Notes under the pieces: model-generated
What the model saw: only the letters and a program-made list of their open reading frames with translations
Database searches by the model: none
Told to the model about the DNA's origin: nothing
Program-made: the position numbers and the translations under genes
Assembly: GCF_036365525.1 (NCBI RefSeq)
Contig: NC_090408.1
Span: forward strand, 15,539,599 to 15,603,598
Length of the DNA stretch: 64,000 nt
Reading direction: 5' to 3'
Origin: Heterodontus francisci
Taxonomy: Eukaryota
In this document: positions 27,118 through 40,809 of the stretch, in pieces
How positions within the stretch are numbered: position 1 is the first letter of the stretch
Layout of the letters: every line of letters begins with the position of its first letter

Positions 27118-27514
27118 TTGGAGAGGAGAAGGCTGAGAGGTGATTTGATAGAGGTATCCAAAATCATGAGGGTCTGGACAGAGTAGATGGAGAGAAACTA
27201 TTCCCACTCATGAAAGGTTCAAGAACGACAGGGCACAGATTTAAAGTATTTGGTAAGACAAGCAAATGTGACATGAGGGAAAACTTCTTCACACAGCGAG
27301 TGGTTAAGGTCTGGAATGCGCTGCCTGAGAACATGGTGGAGGCAGGTTCAACTGAAGCATTTAAATGGAAATTAGACAATTATATGAAAAGGAAGAATAT
27401 GCAGGGTTACAGGGAGAAGGCGGGGGAATGGAACTGAGGGAATTGCTCTTTCGGAGATCCAGTGCGGACACAATGGGCCGAATGGCCTCCTTCTGCACTC
27501 TAACGATTCTGTGA
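27118..27514 (+). mobile_element. CR1-clade LINE 3' fragment
   Basis: NFFTQRVVKVWNALP motif. Confidence 0.85.
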
Positions 27515-28432
27515 TGTGGGCCTGGTATCACATCTGCTATTGGTTCAAAGTGGTAATCAGACCTAATAAAAATAGTTATCATTTCCCAGTGTCATAAGGA
27601 CACAAATATTCTTGTATTCCCTTGACTTTCATGTAATATGGAATATTGAGCTATTTAGTTTCAGTCTTATAACATAATCCAAATCAAATTGTTATATCCA
27701 GTGTTCTTGTTGTTGGGGCTAAGAAGAAATTTCCTCCTAATTTTTTCCTTTCTTCTGAAGCAGTGACTTGCTAGTTATTCCAAGAGTGTTGACAGCCCTC
27801 TATTCAACCATTCTTCCTGGATGTTTTTTTATATAAGGTGTCATGCACTAGCAACAAACCAAGGTTCTAATATTTAGACTAAATCAAGAGTTGATTTACA
27901 ACATTTTATACTTGATATCTTACTGCATGCATTGCACTACAATGTGTTTGAAGGCAAAGCAGCATTTTAGCACTATTTACCAGCATGGATTGGGTGGATG
28001 TGGTCCAAGTTCGCACAAATTGCAGTACACTTCAGCTCAGTGCAAAATGTCATTTTAAAAGTGCTTGGTTTCAACCATCTAAGAAACTTTAAAACTTAAT
28101 ATCGTGTTTTTTTAATGTTGATACGGAATGGATAACTCTGCCCACTCTACTAATGTGAAAAAAATCAGTGTTATGTGCATGTGCTTAAAGCCCATGTCCG
28201 CAGAGATCAGTCATCATTGTACCTAGGTGCCGATCATAGAGGTCAGCCTTCAATATAACAATGGTCTTATTGTGTACCACAGCAGTCTTTAACAGAGAAT
28301 GTCCCAAGACACTTCACAGGGGATGGCAGGGGAGAATGAACTATTTGTCCAAAAGTCTTTCTGGAAAGAAAGGTTTTTAAAAATAGAGAGAAGTGGAGAT
28401 TAGGGAGAGAACTGTAGATAGGAGGGCTGAAG

Positions 28433-28722
28433 TCTCAGACACAGTTTTAAAGTTTTGGGCAAAAGATGCAGGGGGATTGTGAGGAAGCACCTTTTGACAC
28501 AGTGGGCGATAATGACCTGGAACCCGCTGCCCACAAGGGTGGTGCAAGTGGCGACAATGACTTCAAGAGGAAATTGGATGGCTACCTGAGAAAAATAGAC
28601 TTGCAGGTCTATGGGGATTGAGCCGGGCAGTGGGACTGACTGCATAGCTCTGTGGAGAGCCAGTATGGATTCGATGGGCCAAATGTCCTCCTTCTGCGCC
28701 ATTAATGGCTCTATGACTCTAG
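28433..28722 (+). mobile_element. CR1-clade LINE 3' fragment
   Basis: CR1 terminal sequence GATGGGCCAAATG..CTCCTTC and CTATGACTCT tail. Confidence 0.75.
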
Positions 28723-28774
28723 ACTAGAAAGTGATTGTGGGCAGGCTGTTTGACCATGGGATTTCTTTGTTGAA

Positions 28775-30680
28775 TCATACAAACATACATACGAACATAT
28801 GAATTAGGAGCAGAAGTAGGCCATTCGGACCCTTGAACCTGCTCTGCCATTCAATAAGATCACGGCTGATCTGTTTGTGTTTCGAATTCCAAACTCCCAT
28901 CTACCCCCGATACCCCTTGATTCCCTTGCCTAACAAGAATCTATCTACTTCTGCCTTAAAAATATTCAATGTCCCCGCCTCCACCACCGTCTGAGGCAGA
29001 GTTCCAAAGTTGCACAACCCTCAGAGAAAAGATTTCTCCTCATCTCTGCCTTAAAAGAGAGTCCCCGAATTTTAAAACAGTGCCCCCTAGTTCTGGACTC
29101 ACCCACAAGAGGAAACATCCTTTCCACATCCACCTTGTCAAGACTGTTCAGGATCTTATAAACCTCAATCAAGTCTCCCCTCACTCTTCTAAACTCCAGT
29201 GAAAATAAGCCCAGTCTGTCCAACCTTACCCGCTCATTCCAGGTATCAATCTAGTAAACCTCCTCTGGACCGCCTCCAATGCATTGACATCCTTCCTTAA
29301 ATAAGGAGACCAAAACTGCACACAGTATTTGAGATGTTGTCTCACCAATACCCTGTATAACTGAAGCATAACATCCTTACTTTTATCTTCAATTCCTCTT
29401 GTAATAAAGGATAGCATTCCATTAGCCTCCTTTATTACTTGCTGTATCTGCATACTAACTTTTTGTGACTCCTGTACTAGGACACCTAGATCCCTCTGAC
29501 CCCGGATTTTCCCACATTATACTCCATCTGCCAGATTTTTGCCCTGTCACTCAACCCATCTATATCAGTCTGCAAGCTCCTTATGTCCTCTTCACAACAT
29601 ATTTTCCTACCTATTTGTGTCATCTGCAAATTTAGCTACCATGCCATCGCTTCCCTCATCTAAGGCATTGATATTAAATTGTAAAAAGTTGAGACCCCAG
29701 CACAGACCCCTGCAGGACTCCACTCGTCACATCCTGCCAATTAGAAAAGGACCCATTTATGCATACTCTCTGTATTCAGCCAGCCAGCCAATTTTCTATC
29801 CATGCTAATGTTACCCCCTACGCCATGAATTTCTACTTTGCGCAATAACCTTTTATGTAGCACCTTGTCAAATGCCTTCTGGAAATCCAAGTACAGTAGG
29901 TCAACAGGCTCCCCTTTATCCACAGGACATGTCACTCCTTCAAAGAACTCCAAAAAATTGGTTAAACATGATTTCCCTTTCACAAAACCATGCTGTCTAT
30001 TCCCGATTACTTTTGAGTTTTTCTAAATGCCCAGCTACAACCTCCTTAATGATTGATTCTAACACCTTCCCCATGACAGACATCAAGCTGACTGGCCTAT
30101 AGTTACCTGTTCTCTGCCTCCCCTCCCCCCACTTATATTAGCTACTTTCCAGTCTGATGAAACCTTTCCAGAATCTAGCGAATTTTGAAAAATTAACACC
30201 AACGCATCTACTACCTCATTAGCCACCTCTTTTAAGACCCTAGGATGATGTCCATCAGGACCCAGGGACTGTCAGCCCGCAGCTCTATCAGTTTGCTCAG
30301 TACTGCTTCCCTGGTGATTGTAATTTCACCAATTTCCTCTCTTCCTTCCACCTCCTGATTTACAGCTATTGCCGGAATGTTTTTTGTATCCTCTATAGTG
30401 AAGACAGAAGCAAAATATTTGTTCATTTCATCTGCCATTTCCTTATTATCTACTATTAACTCCCAATTCTCACTCTCTAGAGGACCAACACTCACTTTAC
30501 TTACTCTTTGCTTTTTTAAATACCTGTAAAAACTCTTGCTGTCCATTTTTACATTTCTAGCTAGCTTCCTCTCATACTTTTAATTTCTTTCTCCTGATTA
30601 ACCTTTTAGTCATTCTCTGCTGTTCTTTATATTCTGACCAATCATCTGAACTGCCACTCATCTTTGTGCAATTATATCCT
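28775..30680 (-). mobile_element. CR1-clade LINE fragment
   Basis: KSCLTNFLEFFE..YLDFQKAFDKV and MNKYFASVFT motifs. Confidence 0.92.
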
Positions 30681-31199
30681 CTCCTGTCGTCACCCAACAT
30701 CCATACTTGTTTACCACAGCATGGTCACTGAACAGCAATCAGGAGTAGAAACACATTTAATCTCTAAATAACTAGCTCTAGCCTCCATAAAACTGCCCCT
30801 CAAGAGGATCGGCTAATGTAGCACAGATCAGAGAGATTTTATGGTAAAGTTATGGATGTTGTGGTCAGATTCACTGACCACTCTCCACAGTAGGCCTCAC
30901 ATCCCTTATGATTTGAAGTGCACCTTTTTTAAACAAACGCAGCAAGACCCAGAGATTGTAACAGGGAACCCTACTGTCTGCACTGGCTACTGGAATGTAC
31001 CACCTGTTGCCACCCGATTCTCATCTCTACAAAAATATACTGAATATACATTCCTGCCAGACTGAGAATGGCTCTGAACTAACATCTGGTTCTATTATTT
31101 TAAGACAGGTGAATAAACAATATAAACCAGTGTCAAACACTCCAGTAATAAAGATGCCATTCATTTCTTCTTCAATTACAGGAGTCCCAATATTCACTT

Positions 31200-33000
31200 G
31201 GGGTGCATAATCGGGCATGTGAGCAGCAAGCACCCCCACCCCCAACTGACATTTTTGGCTCCAAGGCCTCATTTTAACATGATTGATTGGCTGCACCACT
31301 GCTTGTTTTACTTATCAGGCAACTCGTCTACATGACAAATGCCATTTCCGATGCAACTCTGGAGGCAGACTTTATATGAGGTTGCATCTTCTGCCTGCAT
31401 TTACCCTCAAAGAACTGATGAAGAGTTTTTGAGGACATGAATAAGTCATAGGGGTGCTGCCCCCAACCCTTCTGGGGCACATTTCAGAAGACTCCCCTGA
31501 GCATCCTAATGGAGGTGGTGAGGTAAATGAGGGAGCAGCTGTTCCACCAGGGCGCCTCTAATGTCAGAAAGAAGAATGCCTGGACGGCGGTGTCGGGTTA
31601 GATCAGTGCCACCAGCATCACACCCAGGGCCTGGGTTCACTATAGAAAGAGATTCAATGATTCACAGCAGCAAAGGTGAGTACAGATCTTCATCTCTATC
31701 AACACCTTACAACACAGTTCTGAAGAAGGGTCACTGACTTGAAGCGTTAACTCTGCTTCTCTCTCCACAGATGCTGCCAGACCTGCTGAGTATTTCCAGC
31801 ATTTCTTGTTTTTATATACCTTACAACACACCTTTCACCCCCTCACCCACCACTCTCAGCAACTGCCTCCACTCCATCACATCCTTCAACATACAATCAC
31901 AAAGGCAGACTGTAACACCACTTCCTTTCCTCTCTTCACATTACATACTGACATCATTCTCCTCTCATATCCTACTTCCACAACTAATTCTTTCCAACAT
32001 AACTTCCTCATTCCACATTACCCAAACGCTTTTACATTCATCACCTCCCCGTCATCATTCCTCTTCTCTCTTACCTCATGCACTAACCCTACACATCTTC
32101 ACTGAAGCTTTTTAACAGATGCTCACCCTCTCCTTCTGCAGACAAGACCATGCATAATCTCAATCATTCTCACCCAAGCAGAGCAGGACATCCTAGAGAG
32201 TATTGGCCCAGGCAGAGCAAGCAGCATCAGGCAAGGTGAGGCTGGTGGCTTACCTCAGCAGGATATCAAAATATTACTTGCAATCTTTCTGTTGCTATTA
32301 GGCAGAAAAGACGATGAAGGTGTTGTCCCAGCTGTATCAGTCACTGATTTGATACACCAGTGAATAACAAATTGACCTACCATATGTGATTGCTATGCTA
32401 ATCTGGACAGAGGTGGAGGCAAGAAGACTGAAGGATGTTTCCTTGACTGACACTGGCAATGCTGACCTTACAGAGGAGGTTGGCTGCAGGTCTTCTTGTA
32501 GCAAATGTCACAGCTCTACGACGACAATCTGTGGAGTTAAGTTCCCTTGTTTATTGCCAGGGGATGCATCTGGTGGAATAAAGGCTGGTCCAAGCAGTCT
32601 TGGTGCTATCTGATCTCTGTGCCAGGCCTCCTTTGATCTTTTTCCTGATCATCCTGCATGAAATCGTGTGATGAGAGTGCTCTAAATGCCATCCCCATAT
32701 CTTGTTTGAAAAGAAATGACAGCGTATCTTTTAAGAGCTCCCTTCTTGACTGGGTAACCTTTCTGACCTTTAGTATCCACTGTAAAGGGGCAGCAACTTT
32801 GCAAAAAATTGAGGGCTACATTGTAATATATTAATTTGTACGTCTTTTCAATATAACAGCAAAGCTCTTGCATGTTCCGTAGAGAAAAAACATTGGACTG
32901 AATTTTATCAGTGCATCAAGTTCCAGAGTGGCATGCTGTGAAGTTGGCGGCCTTCCGACACGGAAGTGCCGCCGCAGAGCCCACGCTGGAACAGGCTGGA
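31200..33000. mobile_element. Fossil PIF/Harbinger transposon (Myb/SANT-like gene + strand, transposase - strand)
   Basis: + strand 31480-31675: LSILMEVVR*MREQLF...AWTAVSG*ISATSITPRAWVHYRKRFND, then a GTGAGT donor. - strand about 32290-32560: EL*HLLQEDLQPTSSVRSALPVSVK and FVIHWCIKSVTD, resembling the HARBI1-type N-terminus. Confidence 0.7.
31713..31815 (+). mobile_element. Penelope-like terminal fragment with hammerhead motif
   Basis: AGTTCTGAAGAAGGGTCACTGACTTGAAGCGTTAACT...; matches 47020-47120. Confidence 0.8.
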
Positions 33001-33140
33001 AGCTTGTGAGTTTGGGATTCACCCAGTTACCATCAGTGGAATCAGGGGTGGAACATTATATCGCATAGTAATCTCCAACAATTGGCAGGCATTTTTTTAC
33101 ACGCTGAGACTGAAAGTATTTAGTAACTGCAGAAACTAAC

Positions 33141-33331
33141 CTAGAAGTACTGCTAGTCATGACTACTGATGATGGGGGATGTCCATCACTGCCTGAAACC
33201 TCCATCACACATTGTGGCTTCTGTCCATTCTCTGACAACAGATCGACAGACCTGTCAATTGGTGGGTTGTAACATGCATCCTTCAAGTGACATTCTGATG
33301 CCTGCAAGTTATCAGTCTTCATGACAACCAT
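33141..33331 (-). CDS. MARCHF3: MARCHF3-like (MARCHF2/3 family) E3 ubiquitin ligase, coding exon 1 (N-terminal cytosolic region)
   Basis: Reads MVVMKTDNL...SENGQKPQCVMEVSGSDGHPPSSVVMTSSTS, resembling recalled MARCH3 NGQPQYVMQVSAKDGQLLSTVV. Donor AG|GTTAGT at 33141 is phase 2 and joins the T of the next exon to give Ser. Candidate acceptor TTTTTTCCCCCTTAAG| puts the exon start at 33412. Alternative ATG at 33322. Confidence 0.8.
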
Positions 33332-33564
33332 ATGTCAAAAGCATTTTGTCCAGTTTATTATGTTCCCTTTTATTCCAAATGTAGGAACTGAAGTAATTAA
33401 TATAGTATCCACCTTAAGGGGGAAAAAACAGTAATTACTTGTTTTGTCTATTCTAAATGTATAATTCCAACCACATTTAAATACGTGCATTTTCAACTTT
33501 ATTTGAGCACAGATTTTATTTAACAAAAGTATAAAATCAGTCACAACTTGTACTTACATAGCTC

Positions 33565-35130
33565 TCTTAATGCAGTAGAATGTCCCAAGGCTTCACAGGA
33601 GCGTAATCAGAAAAAAATGAACAATGGGCCAAAGGAGGATGAACAAAAGCTTGGTCAAAGAGGTACGTTACACAGACTGTCTCAAAGGAGGCGAGAGAGG
33701 TGATGCGATGGAGAGGTTCAGGGACAGAATTCCAGCGTTTAGGGTTTAGACAGGTGAAGAAACAGGTAACCATGGTGGGGTGAAGGAAGTGGGGGATGCA
33801 CAAGAGGGCAGAATTGGAGGACCACATAGAACTCAGAGAGTTGTAGGGCTGGAGGAGGTTACAGAGACAGGGAAGGTGAAACCATGAAGGGATTTGAACA
33901 TGAGGATGAGAATTTTAAAATCAAGGTGTTGATGGACTGGGAGTCAATGTAGGTCTGTCAATGTGGGTTGACGGGTGAATAGGATTTGGAGCAAGTTAGG
34001 AAATGAACAGCAGAAATTTGGATGAGCTTAAGTTTACGGAGGGTGTCGAAGACATGAGGCTGGCCCAGACTGCATTGGAGCAGTAGAGTCTGGAGGTCAT
34101 AAAAAAGCATGGATCACAGTTTCAGCAGGAAATGAGACAGATGATATTTCAGAAGTGAAGGTAAACAGTCTTGGTGATGGAGAAGGTATGGAGTCGGAAA
34201 CTCAGCTCAGGGTCAAATAGGGTGCAAAGCTTCTGATCAGTCTGGTTCAACCTGAGGTAGTGGCCAGGGAGGGAATTTGAATTGGTGGCTAATGAACAGA
34301 GTTTGTGGTGGAGGCGGAAGTCAATGGCTTTGATCTTCCCAATGACTATTTGGACGATATTTCAGCTCATCCATGACTGGATGCCAGACAAGCAACCTAT
34401 CAATACAGAGGTAGTAGAAGGATTGAAACAGGTAGTGGTGAGGTAGAGCTGGGTGTTTTCCGCATACATGTGTAATCAAACTTATTTTTTCAGATGATGT
34501 CACCAAGGAACTGCATATAGATTACAAATAGGAAGGGCCAATGATAGAGCATTGGGAGACTCCAGAAGTAGTGAACGGGGGCAGGAACACAAGCCATTGC
34601 AGGAGATTTTCTGGTGACGACTGGATAGATAAGAGTAGAGGCCGAGAAAGGAAGTCTCACTTAGCAGGACAATGGAGGGCAGGCATTAGAGGAGGATATT
34701 GCGGTCAACCATGTCCAAGGCTACAGAAAGCTGGAGAAGGATGAGGAGGGATAGCACACCACGGTTACAGTCACATTGAATGTCATTTTTGACTCTGATT
34801 AGAACCGTTCCAGTGCCGTGGCAGGATTGGAAACCTGATTATAGAGATGTTCATATATGAAATTGCAGGAAAGATGGGCACAGATTTGGGCAGTGACACC
34901 ATGTTAAAGAATTTTGCAGAGGAAGGCGAAGTTCAAAATGGGGCAATACTTTGCAAGGACAAAGAGGTCAAGGTGGATTTTGTTAAATTTTGGGGTGGGG
35001 GGAGTTATGACAGCCGATTTGAAAGAGAAGAGAGAGAACGGTGTACTATATCAGCAAGCATGGGGATCAGGGAGGGAAGTTGTGTGGTCAACGGTTTAGT
35101 GGGAAAAGGGTTGAGATACGATATTATAGG
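33565..35130 (-). mobile_element. L2-clade LINE, decayed
   Basis: L2-type 3' end (WNSVPEPL; GTGAAGCCTTGGGACATT tail) and similarity to 55250-56320. Confidence 0.75.
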
Positions 35131-36225
35131 ATAAGCAATTTTTAGCATGACAAACTTTGATATTTGTTAATAGATTGATGAGATCAGCATTAGGGTTTGT
35201 CCTGTTAATTTTGATAGTTGCATAGTGGAATGGATTGCTTATCTTTAGCTACAGTTACCACTATCTTTGCATAAAAATATCTTGGATACGCCATGAATAA
35301 TTTGCCAAGGCAACAAGGAGGACTGCTATATTTCTATCCTTACTGAGACATTGAGAAGTCATCCCAATGACGTAAAGGTAAAATAAAAGGCTGCACCTTT
35401 GAGCTAAATAAACCAGGGAGGTACTTAAACTTTAAGTTATCTGATCTCATCCAGGACATTGGTAAAGATGCAATAACTGGCTAGTCTGACTTTTCCTGAT
35501 CATCATGCAGCGATCCCCTACTGGGACTTTGCACATGTGCATAGGTTTGGGCTCAGCTGTGGTATCTTTAACAATTGAACAATTTTCTGCCATTTACTGT
35601 TTGGACTCACATGACATTTGGACCAGGTATCTGAGAATGACGGCAGTTGTTGAATCGTGCTCTAATCAGAGGGTGGAGGGGAAGACAATTGGACAGAAAA
35701 TTTAGAAAAAGACACTTAGATGAAACAGTGTGATTGTTCACTTCTTAGCCTATATAACAGTCCTTCAGATGACCATGGAAAGATTGAACTGACCTGAATA
35801 CAATATTTTGAATTAAATGGAAAAGCATCTTTGTAGAAACATATTCGGCAAACCTTTTCTTATACTTAGTAACAGAACAAAGGAGGATCTAATTTACATA
35901 ATTATGAGATCATGACATGACACCCTATCCTCTTAGAAATTGTTATGGATTGAATTTTGGAAGCTTTATTTTGTCAGTATGGAAGAAACAGTCAATTCTT
36001 TCCAAGTCATATTTCATACAGTAAAATGTATAATAAAACTTTTTTTTTCTTAATTTCAAAAGTGAAGTATCATCATGGCCAACACATGAAGGTACTTCAT
36101 AAATGTAAAATCTGATTTACTATTTTCCTTCCAGTAACCAATGTCCCACCTCCTGGTTATTAGTACAGCTCCAAGATGTACCTCCCAGCTCCAGATCTGC
36201 CCAATAGTACTCCCTATCACTACCT

Positions 36226-37030
36226 ACATACAAATTAGGAGCAGGAGTAGGCCACTCGGCCCCACGAGCCTGCTCTGCCATTCAACAAAATCTTGGCAGA
36301 TCTGATTGTAACCACAACTTCACATTCCCGCCTACCCCCGATAACCTTCCATCCCATTGCTTATCAAGAATCTACCGACCTCTTCCTTAAAAATAGTCAA
36401 AGACTCTGTTTCCACCACCTTTTGAGGAAGAGAGTTCCAAAGACTCACGACCCTCTGAGAGAAAACATTTCTCCTCATCTCTGTCCTAAATGGGTGATCC
36501 CTTATTTTTAAACAGTGAGCCCTAGTTCTAGATTCTCCCACAAGAGGAAACATCCTTTCCACATCCACCCTGTCAAGACCCCTCAGGATCTTGTACATTT
36601 CACTCAAGTCGCCTCTTACTCTTCTAAACACCGGCAGATACACGCCTAGCCTGTCCAACCTTTCCTCAAAGACAACCCGCCCATTCCAGATATTAGTTCA
36701 GTAAATCTTCACTGGTCTGCTTCTAATGCATTTACATCCTTCCTTAAATAAGGAGACCAATACTGTACACAGTACTCTAGATGTGGTCTCACCAATGCCC
36801 TGTATAGCTGAAGCATAACCTCCCTACTTTTGTATTCGATTCCTTTCATAATAAACGATAACATTCTATTAGCTTTGCTAATTACTTGTTGTACCTGCAT
36901 ACCAACCTTTTGCGATTCATGCATTAGGACACCCAGATCCCTCTGCATCTCAGAGCTCTGCAATCTCTCACCCATTTAGATAATATGCTTCTTTTTTATT
37001 CTTCCTGCCAAAATGGACAATTTCACATTG
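36226..37030 (-). mobile_element. CR1-clade LINE 3' fragment
   Basis: LYRALVRPHLEYCVQYWSPYL motif. Confidence 0.92.
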
Positions 37031-37384
37031 TGCTTCCGGGCCTGAGCTCCTGGTTTCTACTGTGACCAAATATTAAGATGGCTGCCCCATCCTGTTAATA
37101 CGACTCAGAGAGAGTGCTGAAGTCAGGGCTATTCCAACTTCCCTTGCAACCAATTTCTTATCAAAATGACTAATAGAATGCAAAAGAGTTTGGGGCCTGG
37201 ATGGGGGATGACCAAACTATTTTGCCATAAAAACATTGGGATATCAACAAGCAGAAGCTGGATTTCATTAGTTCTTAGCCAAGGTTAAACCTGATGGCAG
37301 TGGAATTTAAAACAATACAAGTGCATTGAAGAGGTCTATTATTCACCATATGAAATTGTTGAAATAGTGCATATTTTTGACCCA

Positions 37385-37645
37385 CAAGATAGAATTTACA
37401 GCACAGAAACAGGTCATTTGGCCCAACTGGTCTGTTCTGGTGTTTATGCTCCACACGAGCCTCCTTCCGCTTACTTTATCTAACCCCATCTGTGTATCCT
37501 TCTATTCCTTTCTCCCTCATGTACTTATGAAGCTTCCCCTTAAATGTATCTATGCCATTTACTCCATTTGATAGCGAGTTCCCCATTCTAACCACTCACT
37601 GGGTAAAGAGGTTTCTTCTGAATTCTTCATTGGATTTATTACTGA
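37385..37645 (-). mobile_element. CR1-clade LINE 3' tail
   Basis: ACAGCACAGAAACAGG.CATTTGGCCC terminal motif. Confidence 0.6.
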
Positions 37646-37684
37646 TTATCTTATCATTATGGTGCTATATTAACAATAGCATAT

Positions 37685-38880
37685 CAGCATAGCGGTGCCT
37701 CATCAGACCTCTTTCCTATCCTGAGTGGTGTGAAACAGGGCTGTGTTCTCGCACCTACACTGTTTGGGATCTTCTCACTGCTGCTCTCATATGCATTCAA
37801 GTCTTCAGAAGAAGGAATTTTCCTCCACACAAGATCAGGTGGCAGGTTGTTCAACCTTGCCCGTCTAAGAGCGAAGACCAAAGTACGGAAAGTCCTCATC
37901 AGGGAACTCCTCTTTGCTGATGATGCTGCATTAACATCTCACACTGAAGAGTGTCTGCAGAGACTCAGACAGGATTGCGGCTGCCTGCAACAAACTTGAC
38001 CTAACCATCAGCCTCAAGAAAACGAACATCATGGGACAGGACGTCAGAAATACTCCATCCATCAATATCGGTGACCATGTTCTGGAAGTGGTTCAAGAGT
38101 TCACCTACCTAGGCTCAACTATCACCAGTAACCTATCTCTCGATGTAGTAATCAACTGCTATGTCCAGACTGGCCAAGAGGGTGTGGGAAAATGGTGCAC
38201 TGACATGGAACACAAAAGTTCGAGTGTATCAAGCCTGTGTCCTCCGTACCTTGTTCTATGGCAGAGAGGCCTGGACAACGTATGTCAGCCAAGAGCGACG
38301 TCTCAACTCATTCCATCTTCGCTGCCTCTGGAGATTCCTTGGCATCAGGTGGCAGGACCATATCTCCAACGCAGAAGTCCTCGAGGCAGCCAACATCCCC
38401 AGCATATACACCCTACTGAGCCAGCGGCGCTTGAGATGGCTTGGCCATGTGAGCTGCATGGAAGATGGCAAGATCCCCAAGGATACATTGTACAGTGAGC
38501 TTGTCACTGGTATCAGACCCACCGGCCGTCCATGGCTCCGCTTTAAAGACGTCTGCAAACACGACATGAAGTCTTGTGACATTGACCACAAGTCGTGGGA
38601 GTCAGTTGCCAGTGATCGCCAGAGCTGGTGGACAGCCATAAAGGCGAGGCTAAAGAGTGGCGAGTCGAAGAGACAGCAGTTGGCAGGAAAAAAGATGAGT
38701 GGTGCAAGGAGAGAGCCAACTGCGTAACAGCCCCAACAACCAATTTTATCTGCAGCACCTGTGGAACAGTCTGTCACTCTAGAATTGGCCTTTATAGCCA
38801 CTCCAGGCGCTGCTTCACAAACCACAGACCACCTCTAGGCGCTTACCCATTGTCTCTCGAGACAAGAAGGCCAAAGAAGA
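37685..38880 (+). mobile_element. 5'-truncated RTE-clade LINE
   Basis: KQGCVLAPTLF, LLFADDAAL, FTYLGSTI and RLRWLGHV motifs; GAAGAA tail. Confidence 0.95.
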
Positions 38881-40359
38881 ATAAGATGAACTACAATAAA
38901 GAATGCAGGTGAAAGGTGGAAGCAGCTGCCACCTGTATGGAGTTGAATGAGATTCAGTTTATGAGTTCCTGAAATATCTGTGTTATTTCAGAAGACAGGA
39001 ACTAATAATATATTACTGCACACCATCTACTAAATGCTGCCATTTCTAATTGTAAAACTCTTGAACAAAAGCTTTACTTGTGACAACAAAAGTGATGACA
39101 GTACTTAGTTTCTATATTTAGGCATGTAGGGCATTCCCTGTATTGGTTGCGTTGTAGTTAAATATGGTAAGGGATGTCACAAATGCTGTCCATGGACATG
39201 CAGAAAGCTACTGCAGTTTTAGCCTCAAAGCCAACAGCAGCAGAGGAAAGCAGAATATTTTCAAGTTTCTGGCTTCCTAAAGGTGCAGGGAATCATCGAC
39301 AGTACCCACAGTGCCAGCTATGATTCTACCACCAATCTAGTGGCTTACATGACATTTAAATCTTGGGATGGCCCTAGGCACTTTACAGCCAATGAAGTAT
39401 TTATCATTTGAAACATAGTCACTGTTCTAATATAGGAAATGTGACAGCTAACGTACGCACAGCAAAAACTCATATGCAGCAATAAGATAATAAGATCATT
39501 TTTATAATGATGTGCTCCAATTCTCTTTATAAGTTATCATTGAATCTGCTTCTACCATCTGCTTTTAGGCAGTGCAATCCAGTCACAACTTTCTACTGTC
39601 TCCTCATCTCACCTCTGGTTCTTTTGCCAATTAACTTAAATCCGCTTTCTCTCCTTACCAACCTCTTTGCCACTGGGAGACAGTTTCTCCTTATTTACTC
39701 CATCAAAACCCTTCATGATTTTGAACACCTCTATGCAATTTCCCCTTATTCTTCTCTGCTCTAAGGACAACAACCCCAGCTACACTAGTCTCTCCACGTA
39801 ACTTTATCCACTTGTCAATGTGTTCAACAATGTAAGCCCATGCTGCCTGAACGTTGTTCCTTAAACTTGGTTGCTTAGCATGGAGCTGAGACATTAACAA
39901 AAGGTGGAACAGACTATGCGTCCTGCACATGAAACCTGATATTGAACCAAAGGCAATCAAGATTTCTTTGTAGTCTACATTGTATGATCAAACTGTATAT
40001 AATGGGGCTTTATATAAAATGCACGTAATGTACCAGCAAGTATTTAATATGCACTATGCTTGGCCATCTGTATAACAATCTCTAGGACATTAGAATCTGT
40101 TCTTTGATTTATAAGAGTAAATATTGTTTGTTAGATGGCATCCGTTCAAGATTCTTACCTTTGGCAGAATTTCCTTTGTCCAATGAATGTTGATAATTAC
40201 AGGGAAAAAAATAATTTTGCAGTTGCATACTACTTCATTTGGCACATCACCTGGTAGGGCCCAAAAATAATTATTATTGCATTAGTATATTTAAAATATT
40301 CAGTAATATGATTTTTAAGTAAGAGTGTGTAATTCTTTTGCATTCCTACATCTCAATAT

Positions 40360-40722
40360 CTGGTAATGGATGCAATCCATTGGTTGTGAGCTCACATCCC
40401 ACCATGACAAGTTGTGAAATTTAATTCAATAATTCTGGTCAATTATGGGTTGGTACCAGAAAAAATGACCATGAAAGCCTCTGACTTGCTCTAAAAACCC
40501 AACTGGTTCACCAAATTCCTTCAGAGAAGGAAACCTGCCATCGCTACCTCTTCTGACTTACATGTAACTCCAGTCCCTCAGTACATGGCTAATCCTTAAC
40601 ACACTCTGAAGTGGCTTATTTAGTTTTGAAAATAATTGCAAAGAACTGATGGAACATCACCTTTTCAGGGCAACTAGGGATGGATAAGAAATTTTTCCTT
40701 GACACCATCACCCACATCCTGA
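40360..40722 (+). mobile_element. SINE family B (tRNA-like head, 3' end shared with LINE family B)
   Basis: Degenerate B-box-like GAGCTCACATCCCACCATG, body CTGGTTCAC...GAAGGAAACCTGCC, tail CAGGGCAACTAGGGATGG. Confidence 0.7.
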
Positions 40723-40809
40723 GAACACGGTGTGAAGACACTCAAGTTGAAATTTCAAGTGGCACAATTTGTGTAACCACCAACAAGTCACACAACTGAA
40801 CAATAAAAA

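Noticed and set aside
40150-40250. Strong minus-strand donor AG|GTAAGA near 40158 as a possible MARCHF 5' UTR exon
   Set aside because: The matching acceptor is weak and there is no transcript evidence.
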